Positions 42,995-51,846 of a DNA stretch of 60,219 bases are shown one piece after another. The notes under the pieces were generated by a model, which was not told the origin of the DNA, searched no databases, and was given only the letters and a program-made list of their open reading frames with translations. This DNA comes from an uncultured Candidatus Saccharibacteria bacterium (GTDB lineage: Bacteria > Patescibacteriota > Saccharimonadia > Saccharimonadales > UBA10212), in assembly GCA_964400155.1 (NCBI GenBank), contig CAYNSQ010000004.1:1-60219 (forward strand), written 5' to 3'. The stretch's first letter is position 1. Each line of letters starts with the position of its first letter. The position numbers were made by a program, and so were the translations under genes.

Positions 42995-43022
42995 TCCTCC
43001 CGTAGCCAGTGGCGAAGGAGGA
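42995..43022. repeat. Orphan REP-like palindrome related to those beside the GIY-YIG gene
   Basis: TCCTCC-CGTA-GCC-AGT-GGC-GAA-GGAGGA. Confidence 0.55.
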
Positions 43023-43054
43023 TAAGCTGATGCATTAATCAAAGAAATAAATCC

Positions 43055-43504
43055 TTAACTTGTTAAGTATTTATTGTTAACTAGCCATTCGTTTTGGTCA
43101 GCGTGCATTTTTGCTGGTATTTGTGTGAACCACTTTCCATCAGTTGATTCGGTTGTTGATTTTGGTATGCCCTTGTAGTCATCAACTTCAAAGACCAAGG
43201 CCACAGGTGAATCAAGGCCATTTTTGTAATGGCTAGGGTACTCAATGTACCCCACCATATGCACTTTTTTGACGTCTATATCAGTCTCCCTTTTGGCTAT
43301 TCGTATCACCGTATCGATTAGTGGTTCACCAAATAACACTGTTCCTCCAGGCAAATGCCACTGACCTTTGCATGGTTCTATATCTCTTTCTGTTAAAAAC
43401 ACGCCTTTCTCTTCATCATAAATTAACACTTCGACCGCCAGTCGGGTGACTTTAGAATAAATATAATCAAACTCTTCTTTTGATAACGGATAACTGTTGC
43501 GCAT
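43055..43504 (-). CDS. NUDIX hydrolase
   Basis: WHLPGGTVLFGEPLIDTVIRIAKRETDI Nudix box; start ATG 43504 lies 7 nt after TATAAT. Confidence 0.85.
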   Translation of the reverse strand: MRNSYPLSKEEFDYIYSKVTRLAVEVLIYDEEKGVFLTERDIEPCKGQWHLPGGTVLFGEPLIDTVIRIAKRETDIDVKKVHMVGYIEYPSHYKNGLDSPVALVFEVDDYKGIPKSTTESTDGKWFTQIPAKMHADQNEWLVNNKYLTS

Positions 43505-43572
43505 CTTTAAAATTATACCCTTACTCATGTTTACACATAATAATTTGATGGATTCAGAAAGTCATAAGCGTG

Positions 43573-43601
43573 TTGCATATGGGGTGAAATGGTGTTATAA
43601 T
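43573..43601 (+). promoter_or_regulatory. Sigma70 promoter of ssrA
   Basis: TTGCAT, 17-nt spacer, TGnTATAAT, 8 nt before the tmRNA 5' end. Confidence 0.75.
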
Positions 43602-43609
43602 GTGGTTAT

Positions 43610-44007
43610 GGGGCTGATATTAGCTCGACGGTTGACCTTTAACAAGCTAGCTTGGCAGGCCGGGTCGCACTGAACGTTATCCGGTGCAAATTTTTAGATG
43701 CAAAAACATCTTTCAGTGAAAAACTAGCTGCTTTGAATCCTTTCAGACAACTAGCTTTCGCAACAGTTTAAGAATTTTTTCTTATTCCATGCCCTGAATG
43801 ACTTCAGATATTTCAGTTTGGTGTGTCATATCATCTGAATGCTGCAACTTACGGCAGTCCTCCGTAGTTGTTTAAGATAATGGACTGCGCTCACCAGTCT
43901 TTTTTGACCATTTTGAGGACTTGAGCAAAGTAGGTAAACGGTACAAGCCTGTAGTCATCTAGCAAGTTAACAATCGGACGTGGGTGCAATACCCACCAGC
44001 TCCACCA
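43610..44007 (+). ncRNA. ssrA: tmRNA
   Basis: 5' GGGGCTG pairs with CAGCTCC-ACCA with G3:U; T arm GTGGG-TGCAATA-CCCAC; H-type pseudoknots; tag ORF 43700-43771 AKTSFSEKLAALNPFRQLAFATV*. Confidence 0.93.
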
Positions 44008-44071
44008 TCCTTCGTCGCTAATCTTTGATTAGCTATGGAGGATGCCCTTCGAAGCCTCGGCGAAGTAGGGC
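44006..44071. repeat. Two tandem REP-like palindromes between tmRNA and the GIY-YIG gene
   Basis: CATCCT-TCGTC-GCTAATC-TTT-GATTAGC-TATGG-AGGATG and GCCCT-TCGAA-GCC-TC-GGC-GAAGT-AGGGC. Confidence 0.65.
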
Positions 44072-44084
44072 TATAATGTAGCCA

Positions 44085-44333
44085 ATGTATTACGTCTATA
44101 TCCTTCGAAGTGAAACCAATAATACTCAATTTTACTATGGTAAAACATCCAATCTTTCGGCTCGTTTATTGAGCCACAACTTGGGTCAATCAAAACATAC
44201 TTCAAAATATAAACCTTGGAAAATAGTTTGGTATGGGTGTTTTGAATCCTCATCGAAAGCAGATGGATTTGAAAAATATCTTAAAACAGCTTCAGGCAAA
44301 GCATTTTTAAGAAAAAGACTGATTTCACTTTAA
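44085..44333 (+). CDS. Stand-alone GIY-YIG nuclease
   Basis: MYYVYILRS...FYYGKTSNLSARLLSHN...FEKYLKTASGKAF; TATAAT 7 nt before the ATG. Confidence 0.9.
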   Translation: MYYVYILRSETNNTQFYYGKTSNLSARLLSHNLGQSKHTSKYKPWKIVWYGCFESSSKADGFEKYLKTASGKAFLRKRLISL

Positions 44334-44417
44334 TCAAACGTTCTACAACGCGAAATCCAGATAAAAGGCTGGACCCATGCCAAAAAAGTAAAGCTAGTAA
44401 ATGGTGGTTTGAAATAA
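44334..44417 (+). pseudogene. C-terminal remnant of a second GIY-YIG nuclease
   Basis: In frame after the stop: SNVLQREIQIKGWTHAKKVKLVNGGLK*, matching the RExQIKGWxxxKK tail of YazA/UPF0213-type GIY-YIG proteins. Confidence 0.65.
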
Positions 44418-44473
44418 ATAAATCGCTTGAGCTTTTTTGAGGTTAACTTATTTTTGGCGTATGCTTAAAAACA

Positions 44474-44983
44474 ATGAACCAAAGCTATGTTATTGACCAT
44501 CCAAATCTTCTTAGAAGAATTTATGAAATAAAAAACCAACAAAGCACTATTGCCAAAATAAGTTTCCATAATCTTGGTAACACCAGAGCTATTGCTGAAT
44601 TTAGTGGCCAACAATGGGAGATTAAAAACAATTTTTTAGGAAACAATATATCGTTCACACTCCTTGGTACGCCAGCCTCCTCTAATTTGATTCATAGTAG
44701 CACTATTAATTCCAAAGCATCTTTTACGATTGGAGAGGAAGAATACTACTTTAAAAGAACACTACTTAGTAAAGTTCGAACGGAATTCGTCTGGACTGAC
44801 AAGGCTGGCAATGAACTAATAAAATTCACTAGAAGGGGTGCTGTAATATTGAAATTTCAGGTAGACATACTGCCGACCAAACAAACTTTGGATAGTAACA
44901 ACCTGACTTCTCTCATAGTAATCGGTTTCTATTTAATAAAATCTAAATACTATTCGCTTGGTGGCGGTGGCGGAAGTAGTTAA
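44474..44983 (+). CDS. Hypothetical beta-rich protein
   Basis: 169-aa ORF, TATGCT box 8 nt upstream. Confidence 0.6.
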   Translation: MNQSYVIDHPNLLRRIYEIKNQQSTIAKISFHNLGNTRAIAEFSGQQWEIKNNFLGNNISFTLLGTPASSNLIHSSTINSKASFTIGEEEYYFKRTLLSKVRTEFVWTDKAGNELIKFTRRGAVILKFQVDILPTKQTLDSNNLTSLIVIGFYLIKSKYYSLGGGGGSS

Positions 44984-45074
44984 ACTTTTCCCCATTTAGA
45001 TTTTTTTGAATTAAGGTTTTTTTAAACTCTAGCTTTATGTTTTTTGTCTCTGTTGCAGTATTATGTTTTAACAG

Positions 45075-46199
45075 ATGAGCAAAGAAGTTAAGAAAAAAGC
45101 ATCCAAGAAGAAGGCTACAGCCCCAGCGCCTGTAGTTATTAAGCCTGATAAGAATAAAGAGCCAAAAGCTAAAGACCAAAAGCCGAACGCCGATCATTCG
45201 ACAAGCTCAGATCACACTAGCCAAACGCCGAAAGCCGAGAGCACCAAGCAGAAGACCGTTGAGGCAAAGACAGCAGATAGCAGTTCTCAGTCCGAAGAAA
45301 AAGCAATTTCTGTTGGGAAGACGCCGGTAAAGATTAAAGATTTTCGATGGTTAAAAATTACCGGAATCTGTTTTGGTTTATTTATAGGTTTTAGTCTGCT
45401 TAGTGCTCTGATTTTTAACAGTACTAACAGTGCAAAACTAACCAATTATAAAACCAGCAAAGAATTTAAAGCATATTCTGCTTCGTTAAATCAATATTTA
45501 ACGACTAACAACGCTGTTTATACCCGCACTTTCACTTGCAGTGCCAGTCTGGACGAACTCTGGAACCCAGGCACTAGCCCAATATCCAAAAAAGTTGAAC
45601 CGCAAGAAGTCCAACTAGCTAGGCAACTCATCGATCTAAAACCTAAGTGGGAAGCCGTATCAAAGACTTTTCCAGCCTACAGCAGTTTTTTCATTTTCAA
45701 AGTCTTACCATTTGACCATAGTGTCTACAAAGATTTTCAAAATACTGCAGACTTGATTGACCGAAGCGGTGCGCTAGTCAACCACACTGAAGATTTTGGC
45801 TATTATTGTCCTGGGCGCATCTACCCGGGAGTATCTATATTTGATTATTTAAATGAATACTCCAAAGACCAACCTGTTAATGAAAGTGTTGCTACAATCA
45901 ATCAGCGCATGAAAGCCTTGGTTGATGCCGGAAATGATTTTAATAAGTCTAAGACACCAGTTGGCTGGCAAGAAGTCAGAACCGGTTATATAGCATTTAT
46001 GAAACAGACTCTGGCCGACTTAACTACACTGAGAAATGAAACAATCAAGAATCCTGGCAAAGTTAATATGCACACACAATTTGCCAACAATAAAAAAGAA
46101 CTAGAAAAAGTACTAGCCAAAGCTAAAGAGGCTGGCAAAAAAATTGGCCCCAACCAAACAGAACTGACCAAACTATACGTTAAAGTCACAGCTGAATAA
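45075..46199 (+). CDS. Hypothetical bitopic membrane protein
   Basis: Lys-rich disordered N-terminus, one TM, helical extracellular region. Confidence 0.7.
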   Translation: MSKEVKKKASKKKATAPAPVVIKPDKNKEPKAKDQKPNADHSTSSDHTSQTPKAESTKQKTVEAKTADSSSQSEEKAISVGKTPVKIKDFRWLKITGICFGLFIGFSLLSALIFNSTNSAKLTNYKTSKEFKAYSASLNQYLTTNNAVYTRTFTCSASLDELWNPGTSPISKKVEPQEVQLARQLIDLKPKWEAVSKTFPAYSSFFIFKVLPFDHSVYKDFQNTADLIDRSGALVNHTEDFGYYCPGRIYPGVSIFDYLNEYSKDQPVNESVATINQRMKALVDAGNDFNKSKTPVGWQEVRTGYIAFMKQTLADLTTLRNETIKNPGKVNMHTQFANNKKELEKVLAKAKEAGKKIGPNQTELTKLYVKVTAE

Positions 46200-46225
46200 T
46201 AAAGCTAGGCGGTATACTGGTATAG

Positions 46226-47623
46226 ATGCAACCAAGCGGTACGTATTCTAACTCTGTAACAATTAAACCTGAGACATACCTAGGTTGGGGAATTACAGCG
46301 ATTCTTTGCGCAATTCCAGTAATAATTTGGGTAAGTTTGCATAATTTAGGCTCTATTAATTCATTTTCCGGATTTGTGTTTTCGGCTGGTCAGTTAGCCG
46401 GTTTAGTAGGTTTGGTGTTATATTCTATTAACTTAATTCTAACAACACGACTAAGATTTATAGAAAGCCTATTTGGCGGACTCAACAGAGTCTATATAGC
46501 CCATCATATTATTGGTGGGTTGGCACTTTTTTGTTTGGCTTTTCATCCAATTCTACTGGCTCTTCGTTTTATTGGTACGTCGGCATATGACGGTGTACTT
46601 TTACTTATGCCCAATGGTCTAGCACCAATCAGTGCTTTATTTAGCACATCTGCTCAAGACCATACGACAGTGTTGCATCAGTGGGCTATTTTTTTTGGTA
46701 TCATTGCCTTTTGGGGTCTTGTTGTACTGCTTCTCATAACTTTTTTTATAAAACTTCCTTATAAAGTTTGGCTATTTATCCACAAGTTCTTAGGAGTCGC
46801 TTTCTTTTTTGCCGGACTGCACGTACTTTTTGTTGGTAGCGACCTAGCCCGCAGTCCTGCCTTAAAATTCTATCTGCTCTTTTTAGTGGTGGCTGGCTTG
46901 GTAGCTTTTATATACAAAACATTAGTCGGAAATATCGTAATCAGAAAATATAAGTACACCATTGATAGTGTCAAAACCGTTGGGAGAAATGTCAGCGAGG
47001 TATACTTAAAACCACAAAACAATCTACTCAGTCACCAACCCGGACAATTTATATTTGTTCGCTTTCTGGGTAACAAGAAGGTTAAAAAAGAATGGCATCC
47101 ATTCTCAATCTCTTCAGCACCAAAAGCTAATCTACTGCGTCTAAATATCAAATCCCTTGGCGACTACACTTCAAGCCTAGAGAGTTTGAAACCTGGCGAC
47201 ATAGCTGAAGTTGAGGGCGCCTATGGTCGATTTAGTTACACCCGTTTTACTAACCCCAACCAGATTTGGATTGCTGGAGGCATTGGAATTACACCTTTCC
47301 TATCAATGATAAACCACTTGCCAAAGGACACACGCAACGTCAAGCTTTTTTACTGTGTCAATAGTCTTTCGGAGCTGGTTGACTGGCAACAACTCAGTTC
47401 TTTGTCAAAAACCAGTACCAATTTTCAACTCTTCACTTTTGTTAAAACCAAGAATAAATCATATCTGACAGCCTCCCAAATTGATAAAGCTGTTGGTGGT
47501 CTTGCTGGAAAAGAAATATTTATATGTGGACCTCCGGCTATGATGAAATCCCTCCGTCAACAGCTTCGCAACCTAAAAATACCAACAAGTAATATTCATA
47601 CAGAGGAGTTTTCAATGTCATGA
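46226..47623 (+). CDS. Ferric-reductase-like TM domain fused to an FNR-type FAD/NAD(P)H domain
   Basis: TM histidines (IAHH, IHK, GLH), WHPFSISS, IAGGIGITPF, ICGPPAMM, EEF tail. Confidence 0.88.
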   Translation: MQPSGTYSNSVTIKPETYLGWGITAILCAIPVIIWVSLHNLGSINSFSGFVFSAGQLAGLVGLVLYSINLILTTRLRFIESLFGGLNRVYIAHHIIGGLALFCLAFHPILLALRFIGTSAYDGVLLLMPNGLAPISALFSTSAQDHTTVLHQWAIFFGIIAFWGLVVLLLITFFIKLPYKVWLFIHKFLGVAFFFAGLHVLFVGSDLARSPALKFYLLFLVVAGLVAFIYKTLVGNIVIRKYKYTIDSVKTVGRNVSEVYLKPQNNLLSHQPGQFIFVRFLGNKKVKKEWHPFSISSAPKANLLRLNIKSLGDYTSSLESLKPGDIAEVEGAYGRFSYTRFTNPNQIWIAGGIGITPFLSMINHLPKDTRNVKLFYCVNSLSELVDWQQLSSLSKTSTNFQLFTFVKTKNKSYLTASQIDKAVGGLAGKEIFICGPPAMMKSLRQQLRNLKIPTSNIHTEEFSMS

Positions 47624-47636
47624 AGAGGTTAGATAT

Positions 47637-48137
47637 ATGTGGATAAAACGCTTAGCTGGTTTTGCAATACTACTAGCAATTTTTGGTACTTTATCATTGT
47701 TGATAGTAGGCTTTTTAAACAAACCTAAACCAATTTCGCAAACTATAACAGATGATTCAACCCAAAGCTCTAGTCCTACTACCAGCCCACCTACCTCGCA
47801 AAACTCTTCTGATCCTCCATCTTCTGTTTATTGTATTGGTCGAAATCCTTGTTATAACCAAGCGGAAATTTCAAAGCATTCCAAAAAGGGTGACTGTTGG
47901 GGATGGAATAAAGATGTAGTTATCAATGTCACAGCCTTTAGCGAAGGCTACCACCTCAGCAAATCAGGTATAGATATTGAGGTTAGTTCAGTATGCGGTA
48001 AAGATTTATCATCAGCCCTATCAGGCCATGTTGATATAGATGGCCTAACTCGCAACCACGAACCTGCTACTAGAAACAATCAAAGCAGTAGAGTTGTGCC
48101 GTATTTTATTGGTTACTACGACGCCGACAAACCTTAA
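47637..48137 (+). CDS. Membrane-anchored cytochrome b5-like protein
   Basis: N-terminal TM, Ser/Pro linker, YNQAEISKHSKKGDCW...VINVTAF...H...CGKDLS. Confidence 0.65.
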   Translation: MWIKRLAGFAILLAIFGTLSLLIVGFLNKPKPISQTITDDSTQSSSPTTSPPTSQNSSDPPSSVYCIGRNPCYNQAEISKHSKKGDCWGWNKDVVINVTAFSEGYHLSKSGIDIEVSSVCGKDLSSALSGHVDIDGLTRNHEPATRNNQSSRVVPYFIGYYDADKP

Positions 48138-48553
48138 AGGTTTTTCTGAGCTGTAAGTAGTTGAGCGGCGTTTTCAAATACATTTAATTCGCTACCGCTT
48201 AACATATGCAGTAGTTTGGTTTGTTCTTTTTTTAACAGTTTTTCAGCTGAGGAATATACTTTATCTCCCTTTGAAGTCAGCACAACTTCTCTTTGGCGAG
48301 AATCTTTTTTGTTCTTTTTGATACTGACCAGACCCGATGTATGCATAGCCTTAAGTTGGCGGCTGACATTTGACTCGGTTTGACCAAGTCTGACGGCAAT
48401 TTCACGTTGCGAAACGGATTTGGATGTACTCATTACACTCATGAGCCTGGTTTGTGATAGTCCAATATTCACTTCTTTTTGCAAAGCTTCATCTGAAATC
48501 TGTTGTAATATATACGTCAGATGGAGCAGGGGAGGAAAATTGTTTTTGGCCAT
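48134..48553 (-). CDS. MarR family transcriptional regulator
   Basis: wHTH SQREIAVRLGQTESNVSRQLKAM and wing DSRQREVVLTSKG. Confidence 0.88.
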   Translation of the reverse strand: MAKNNFPPLLHLTYILQQISDEALQKEVNIGLSQTRLMSVMSTSKSVSQREIAVRLGQTESNVSRQLKAMHTSGLVSIKKNKKDSRQREVVLTSKGDKVYSSAEKLLKKEQTKLLHMLSGSELNVFENAAQLLTAQKNL

Positions 48554-48639
48554 AACGCTTGTCCTTGTTTAATTTATTAAGCATATGTAATAATACTTAA
48601 CAAGTCAAGTATCTAACTTGGGTAGGGAAGGGTGCCAAC

Positions 48640-48915
48640 TTAAAATATTGAATCGATGTCTTGGTCTATTTCGGATGTGTCCAAATCAGAATCTACGTTA
48701 ATTTTTTCCAGTGACTTTTGTGTGTCAGTAAGTCCCTGCGCGTCAATTATCTTTGCCTCTGATTGCTGTGTTAAACCACCATAATCTTCACTTAGTGTGG
48801 TGTCGTCTTTGTTTATTACTCTAAAAGACGCAAAGACTGCTAGACCAATTATTCCAGCAGCTAGTACAAAAGCAATGATTGCTGTGAAGCCTTCTTGTTG
48901 ATTTTGACGTTTCAT
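48640..48915 (-). CDS. Small protein with a type IV pilin-like N-terminus
   Basis: MKRQNQQEG|FTAIIAFVLAAGII: class III-like G|F site followed by a hydrophobic helix; no Glu at +5. Confidence 0.5.
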   Translation of the reverse strand: MKRQNQQEGFTAIIAFVLAAGIIGLAVFASFRVINKDDTTLSEDYGGLTQQSEAKIIDAQGLTDTQKSLEKINVDSDLDTSEIDQDIDSIF

Positions 48916-48950
48916 TTTGCCCACTTTCTTGTATTTCAATTTAAGGTTTT

Positions 48951-49622
48951 TTAGTTACTACTGCTTTCTGATTGTTCAGCACTTTGATGTACGGCAACAA
49001 TCAAATTTTTAATTGCTGTGCGGTAGTCTTTAAGTGATTGTTTGGCACCTGTAACTGCTTCTTTGAAAGCAGCCAGCGAATCAGTCACTGTGCTTTGAGA
49101 ACAGTCCACACTACCATCTAACGCATCGAGGGCGTTTATTTGGGCCTCTGCCTCAGCGGCAGCAGCATCTGCAGCAGCTACCAAACTGTCGTAGTTTGGC
49201 GTATTTAGGTTTTTCTCGTCATGAAAAGCCTTGACTCTGGCAAACACTTTATCAAAGGTAGCTTTATGAGCCTTTGCCTTCTCAACTCTATTAGCTAGTC
49301 TTTTTTCAATGCTGTCTTTACGGGCTTCACAGGCATTCTTGCGAGCTTCAGCTGATTTTTCCTTAACTTCAGCTTTGGTTTGCTGGTTTTTTTCTTGAGC
49401 AGTTTTCTTGAATTGTGCTTTCAGCTCGGCAACTCTGGCTTTTATCTCCTCTTTGTTGTGTGCCTTGGATTTCACTGTGTTTTCGGTCTCGCTTGATCCT
49501 CCGTTATTCGAAGCTCCGGAGTTAGACTCATCTTCGTGCGCATACACTAGTGCAGGAACAGCCATAGCCGTACCAAACATCAAAGTGGCTGCTACAATGA
49601 TTAATTTCTTTATATCGCGCAT
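48951..49622 (-). CDS. Secreted helical/coiled-coil protein
   Basis: Signal peptide ending AYA|HED, Ala/Lys/Glu-rich helices, two Cys. Confidence 0.7.
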   Translation of the reverse strand: MRDIKKLIIVAATLMFGTAMAVPALVYAHEDESNSGASNNGGSSETENTVKSKAHNKEEIKARVAELKAQFKKTAQEKNQQTKAEVKEKSAEARKNACEARKDSIEKRLANRVEKAKAHKATFDKVFARVKAFHDEKNLNTPNYDSLVAAADAAAAEAEAQINALDALDGSVDCSQSTVTDSLAAFKEAVTGAKQSLKDYRTAIKNLIVAVHQSAEQSESSSN

Positions 49623-49716
49623 TGTTTTTTTATACCCCTTGACTAAATTTCTTCTTTAAAAAAAGGTGGCTGCGTAGTTTTTACAAATAAAACACGCTTT
49701 TGCCTACCAACTAGTA

Positions 49717-50493
49717 TTATAGCAGGTGCTTCAAGTAGCAAAGATAGAGATTATGCCAATCGTTCAGACTAAGGTTTTGGGCGCGTAAACCCGGATCAAT
49801 GCCTGCTTTGTCTAGTAAATCAGTCACTTCTTGCTTGGAGACACCAAGCCCCCCGCTAAGTGCACCTGAAATTTTTTTGCGTTTGGCAGAAAAACCGGCT
49901 TTGACCAATCTAAAGAAAAGTTTGGTGTCTAAATTGTCAAAAGGCGGCTTTGAATGTCGTTTTAGCACTATTACTTGTGAGTCCACTTTAGGTGGTGGGT
50001 CAAACATCTCCGCCGGAACCTCTATTCCAAGTTCGGCATTTGAATAAAGTTGTGCACTGACAGCTAATATACTCATCTGGCCCGGACTAGCTGAAATTCG
50101 CCTGGCGACTTCTTTTTGTACCAAAAGCACCATAATGCTTGGCGGGTTGAGCGACTCTGATAAGACTTTTATTAAGTTGCTAGTTAAGTAGTAAGGAATG
50201 TTAGCAACCACTTTATAGCCAGTCGGTAACGCTGTTAAGTCAAACTTCAAAATATCACCCTGGACTACTGTCAAACTATCATTCTTTTTATGGCTAAGGT
50301 TGGCAGCCAAGCCTCTATCAAGTTCAACCGCTATTACATGGCGGGCTTGTGTAAGAAGTTTTTCAGTTAAGGTACCAAGGCCCGGACCTATTTCTAAAAC
50401 CGTATCACTAGCATCAATCTGTCCATATTCAGCAATAGCTTCTAGCACCTGTGGGTCTGTCAGCCAATGTTGACCTAGTGTTTTTTTCTGCAT
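49717..50493 (-). CDS. rsmA: 16S rRNA dimethyladenosine transferase
   Basis: LGQHWL, LEIGPGLGTLT, VANIPYYLT, PPPKVDS. Confidence 0.96.
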   Translation of the reverse strand: MQKKTLGQHWLTDPQVLEAIAEYGQIDASDTVLEIGPGLGTLTEKLLTQARHVIAVELDRGLAANLSHKKNDSLTVVQGDILKFDLTALPTGYKVVANIPYYLTSNLIKVLSESLNPPSIMVLLVQKEVARRISASPGQMSILAVSAQLYSNAELGIEVPAEMFDPPPKVDSQVIVLKRHSKPPFDNLDTKLFFRLVKAGFSAKRKKISGALSGGLGVSKQEVTDLLDKAGIDPGLRAQNLSLNDWHNLYLCYLKHLL

Positions 50494-50516
50494 AATGTAA
50501 CTTGTAACCTATTATA

Positions 50517-50550
50517 AGTTATTAGTTATTAGTTATTAGTTATTAGTTAT
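50517..50550. repeat. Heptamer tandem repeat (AGTTATT), about 5 units
   Basis: Four exact units plus 6/7 of a fifth. Confidence 0.9.
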
Positions 50551-50560
50551 AAATTATTTT

Positions 50561-51823
50561 CTACCAATAATGGTGTGAAAGCCAGAATTCATATGCACCG
50601 GCCCAGCCGCCATATCGGTTAGAATAGCCACTACACCAGCGAAGTTGAGTAATTGGGTTGGTTTGCCAATCAGATCCAGCACTAGCCATTTTGCTGCCGG
50701 GGGTTGATTGGCAAAGACCATAGCCATAGCCCGAGTCTGGTGGATGCAGAGCTTCAAAGTATGACGGACAGTAGCCAACTTGTCCTTGCCATTTTAGCCA
50801 ACACCAACCCGATTCTCTGCTGATAATATAGTTTACGTACGGATAGTCGGAGGAGGATATGCCGGCAGCCGCCATTAGCTGGGTTTTGTCTGAATTAATG
50901 TCTATCGCTTTACCGCGTGCAACAATTTGTGGAACCGGTTCTTCCACAACCAAACTCTGCAAAACAGTTCTGTTAACTTCCACACCATTTTCTACTAAGA
51001 CCTGGTAAGTAACTATTTTTTTACCGGGTGTACCGGCTTGGCGAACAACTGTTGCTCCAAAACTTAGACTATCATCTTGGATTACTTGCTGAGGAGGCGG
51101 AATTTCTTCAGTTACAGTAGCTATTTGAATGCCATTTTTTATAACCGACACCACCATGCCAGCTGTTATTGGAGTTTCAATACTTGGTGTAAATGTATCG
51201 TCGGTATCTGTTTTCACGCCCTTTTCTCTCAACATTTCACCCACGGTTTTGGCATGCGTTCTAACAGTATTTAAGTTGCCATACAAATTCAAAGTAACGG
51301 GCGTGGCTCTATCAACTACAACTTTTTCACCTATGATACCCTCTTGTACGCTACCCTGAGCAAAAACGGCTTTGTCTTCAGCAAATAGACTCAAACCGGC
51401 GGCTTCAGCGACAATCCTTGGGCTTTTTTGGGCGGTTAAAGCAACAGACCTCCGGCCATTATCCAAAATGGTAACTGGTCGAGCTCGATATATATTTACC
51501 CTATAGTTGTCTTCTACAATTTCTGAGTCGAGTGATGGCTCAACTACATCTTCTTTGATTAAATTTAGTGGTAGTTTGTTTACCAAATCGCCAACTGTAG
51601 GTGACTTTGTGCTAACAGTTTGCCTGTGACCTTGGTCAAAAACGTATACAACATGGGCACTGCTTGGTCGTAAATCCCTGCCTCCGTGAGTTAATAACAA
51701 TATACCAACCACCGCTAGCCCCAGAATGGCTCCGAAAACCGGTACTAAATATGGGTATTTTTTAATCTGTCCACGGCTAGCGTGGTGAGCTTTTTGATAA
51801 CTCTGTCTAAACTTCTCTTGCAT
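50561..51823 (-). CDS. DUF348 repeats, G5 and a lytic-transglycosylase-like domain (RpfB/YabE-like muralytic enzyme)
   Basis: TM, ubiquitin-like repeats, G5 (GTPGKKIVTYQV...QIVARG), IISRESGW...YGLCQSTPGSKM...NPITQLRWC. Confidence 0.85.
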   Translation of the reverse strand: MQEKFRQSYQKAHHASRGQIKKYPYLVPVFGAILGLAVVGILLLTHGGRDLRPSSAHVVYVFDQGHRQTVSTKSPTVGDLVNKLPLNLIKEDVVEPSLDSEIVEDNYRVNIYRARPVTILDNGRRSVALTAQKSPRIVAEAAGLSLFAEDKAVFAQGSVQEGIIGEKVVVDRATPVTLNLYGNLNTVRTHAKTVGEMLREKGVKTDTDDTFTPSIETPITAGMVVSVIKNGIQIATVTEEIPPPQQVIQDDSLSFGATVVRQAGTPGKKIVTYQVLVENGVEVNRTVLQSLVVEEPVPQIVARGKAIDINSDKTQLMAAAGISSSDYPYVNYIISRESGWCWLKWQGQVGYCPSYFEALHPPDSGYGYGLCQSTPGSKMASAGSDWQTNPITQLRWCSGYSNRYGGWAGAYEFWLSHHYW

Positions 51824-51846
51824 AAAAAACTGTCCCGACTATTGTA

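Noticed and set aside
43848-43888. GTCCTCCGTAG inside tmRNA as another REP-like copy
   Set aside because: It fits an H-type pseudoknot (TACG/CGTA with GCAGTCC/GGACTGC) expected in tmRNA.
44008-49622. Genomic island integrated at tmRNA
   Set aside because: The genes look accessory, but no integrase or duplicated tmRNA 3' end was found to define an island.
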